Source: Phoronis australis (Eukaryota; Animalia; Phoronida). From it: a DNA stretch of 64,000 nucleotides. Made by a program: the position numbers and the translations under genes. The stretch spans positions 54,343-118,342 of the forward strand of contig NMRA01000590.1 in assembly GCA_002633005.1 (NCBI GenBank), given 5' to 3'. How positions within the stretch are numbered: position 1 is the stretch's first letter; the number at the start of each line of letters is the position of its first letter. A model generated the notes under the pieces. The model was not told the origin of the DNA and did no database searches. It saw only the letters and a program-made list of their open reading frames with translations. Below, in pieces: positions 63,986 to 64,000 of the stretch.

Positions 63986-64000
63986 GAGAGAGAGAGAGAG
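63986..64000. repeat. (GA)n microsatellite, cut by the window edge
   Basis: GAGAGAGAGAGAGAG. Confidence 0.9.

Overview
AT-rich eukaryotic genomic DNA, probably from a marine invertebrate (inferred from spliceosomal GT-AG introns and the transposon repertoire). There is no prokaryotic operon and no CRISPR array. Host-gene content has two parts. (i) A minus-strand array of single-domain fibronectin type III (FN3) cassette exons lies at about 7.1-20.0 kb, all phase 1-1: six are intact, one is split by an Academ-like transposon and carries a stop, and one or two more are decayed. (ii) The last coding exon of a single-pass membrane protein with an NPVY motif lies at 63.7-63.9 kb (minus). Most of the rest is nested transposons: two Penelope-like elements (one interrupted by a CR1-group LINE), a Gypsy gag remnant, a 6.7-kb CCCAG-ended EnSpm/CACTA element, Sola3-like and Kolobok elements, several THAP/SWIM remnants, LINE fragments, MITEs and two tandem Helentron-like elements with internal satellites. 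The most unusual signal is the palindrome TACATGTA: I counted about 26 copies by eye against about 2 expected. In several places it appears to be a +6-nt (CATGTA) insertion at a TA, matching a Tc1/mariner-type excision footprint. All family assignments come from motif recognition, not database searches.
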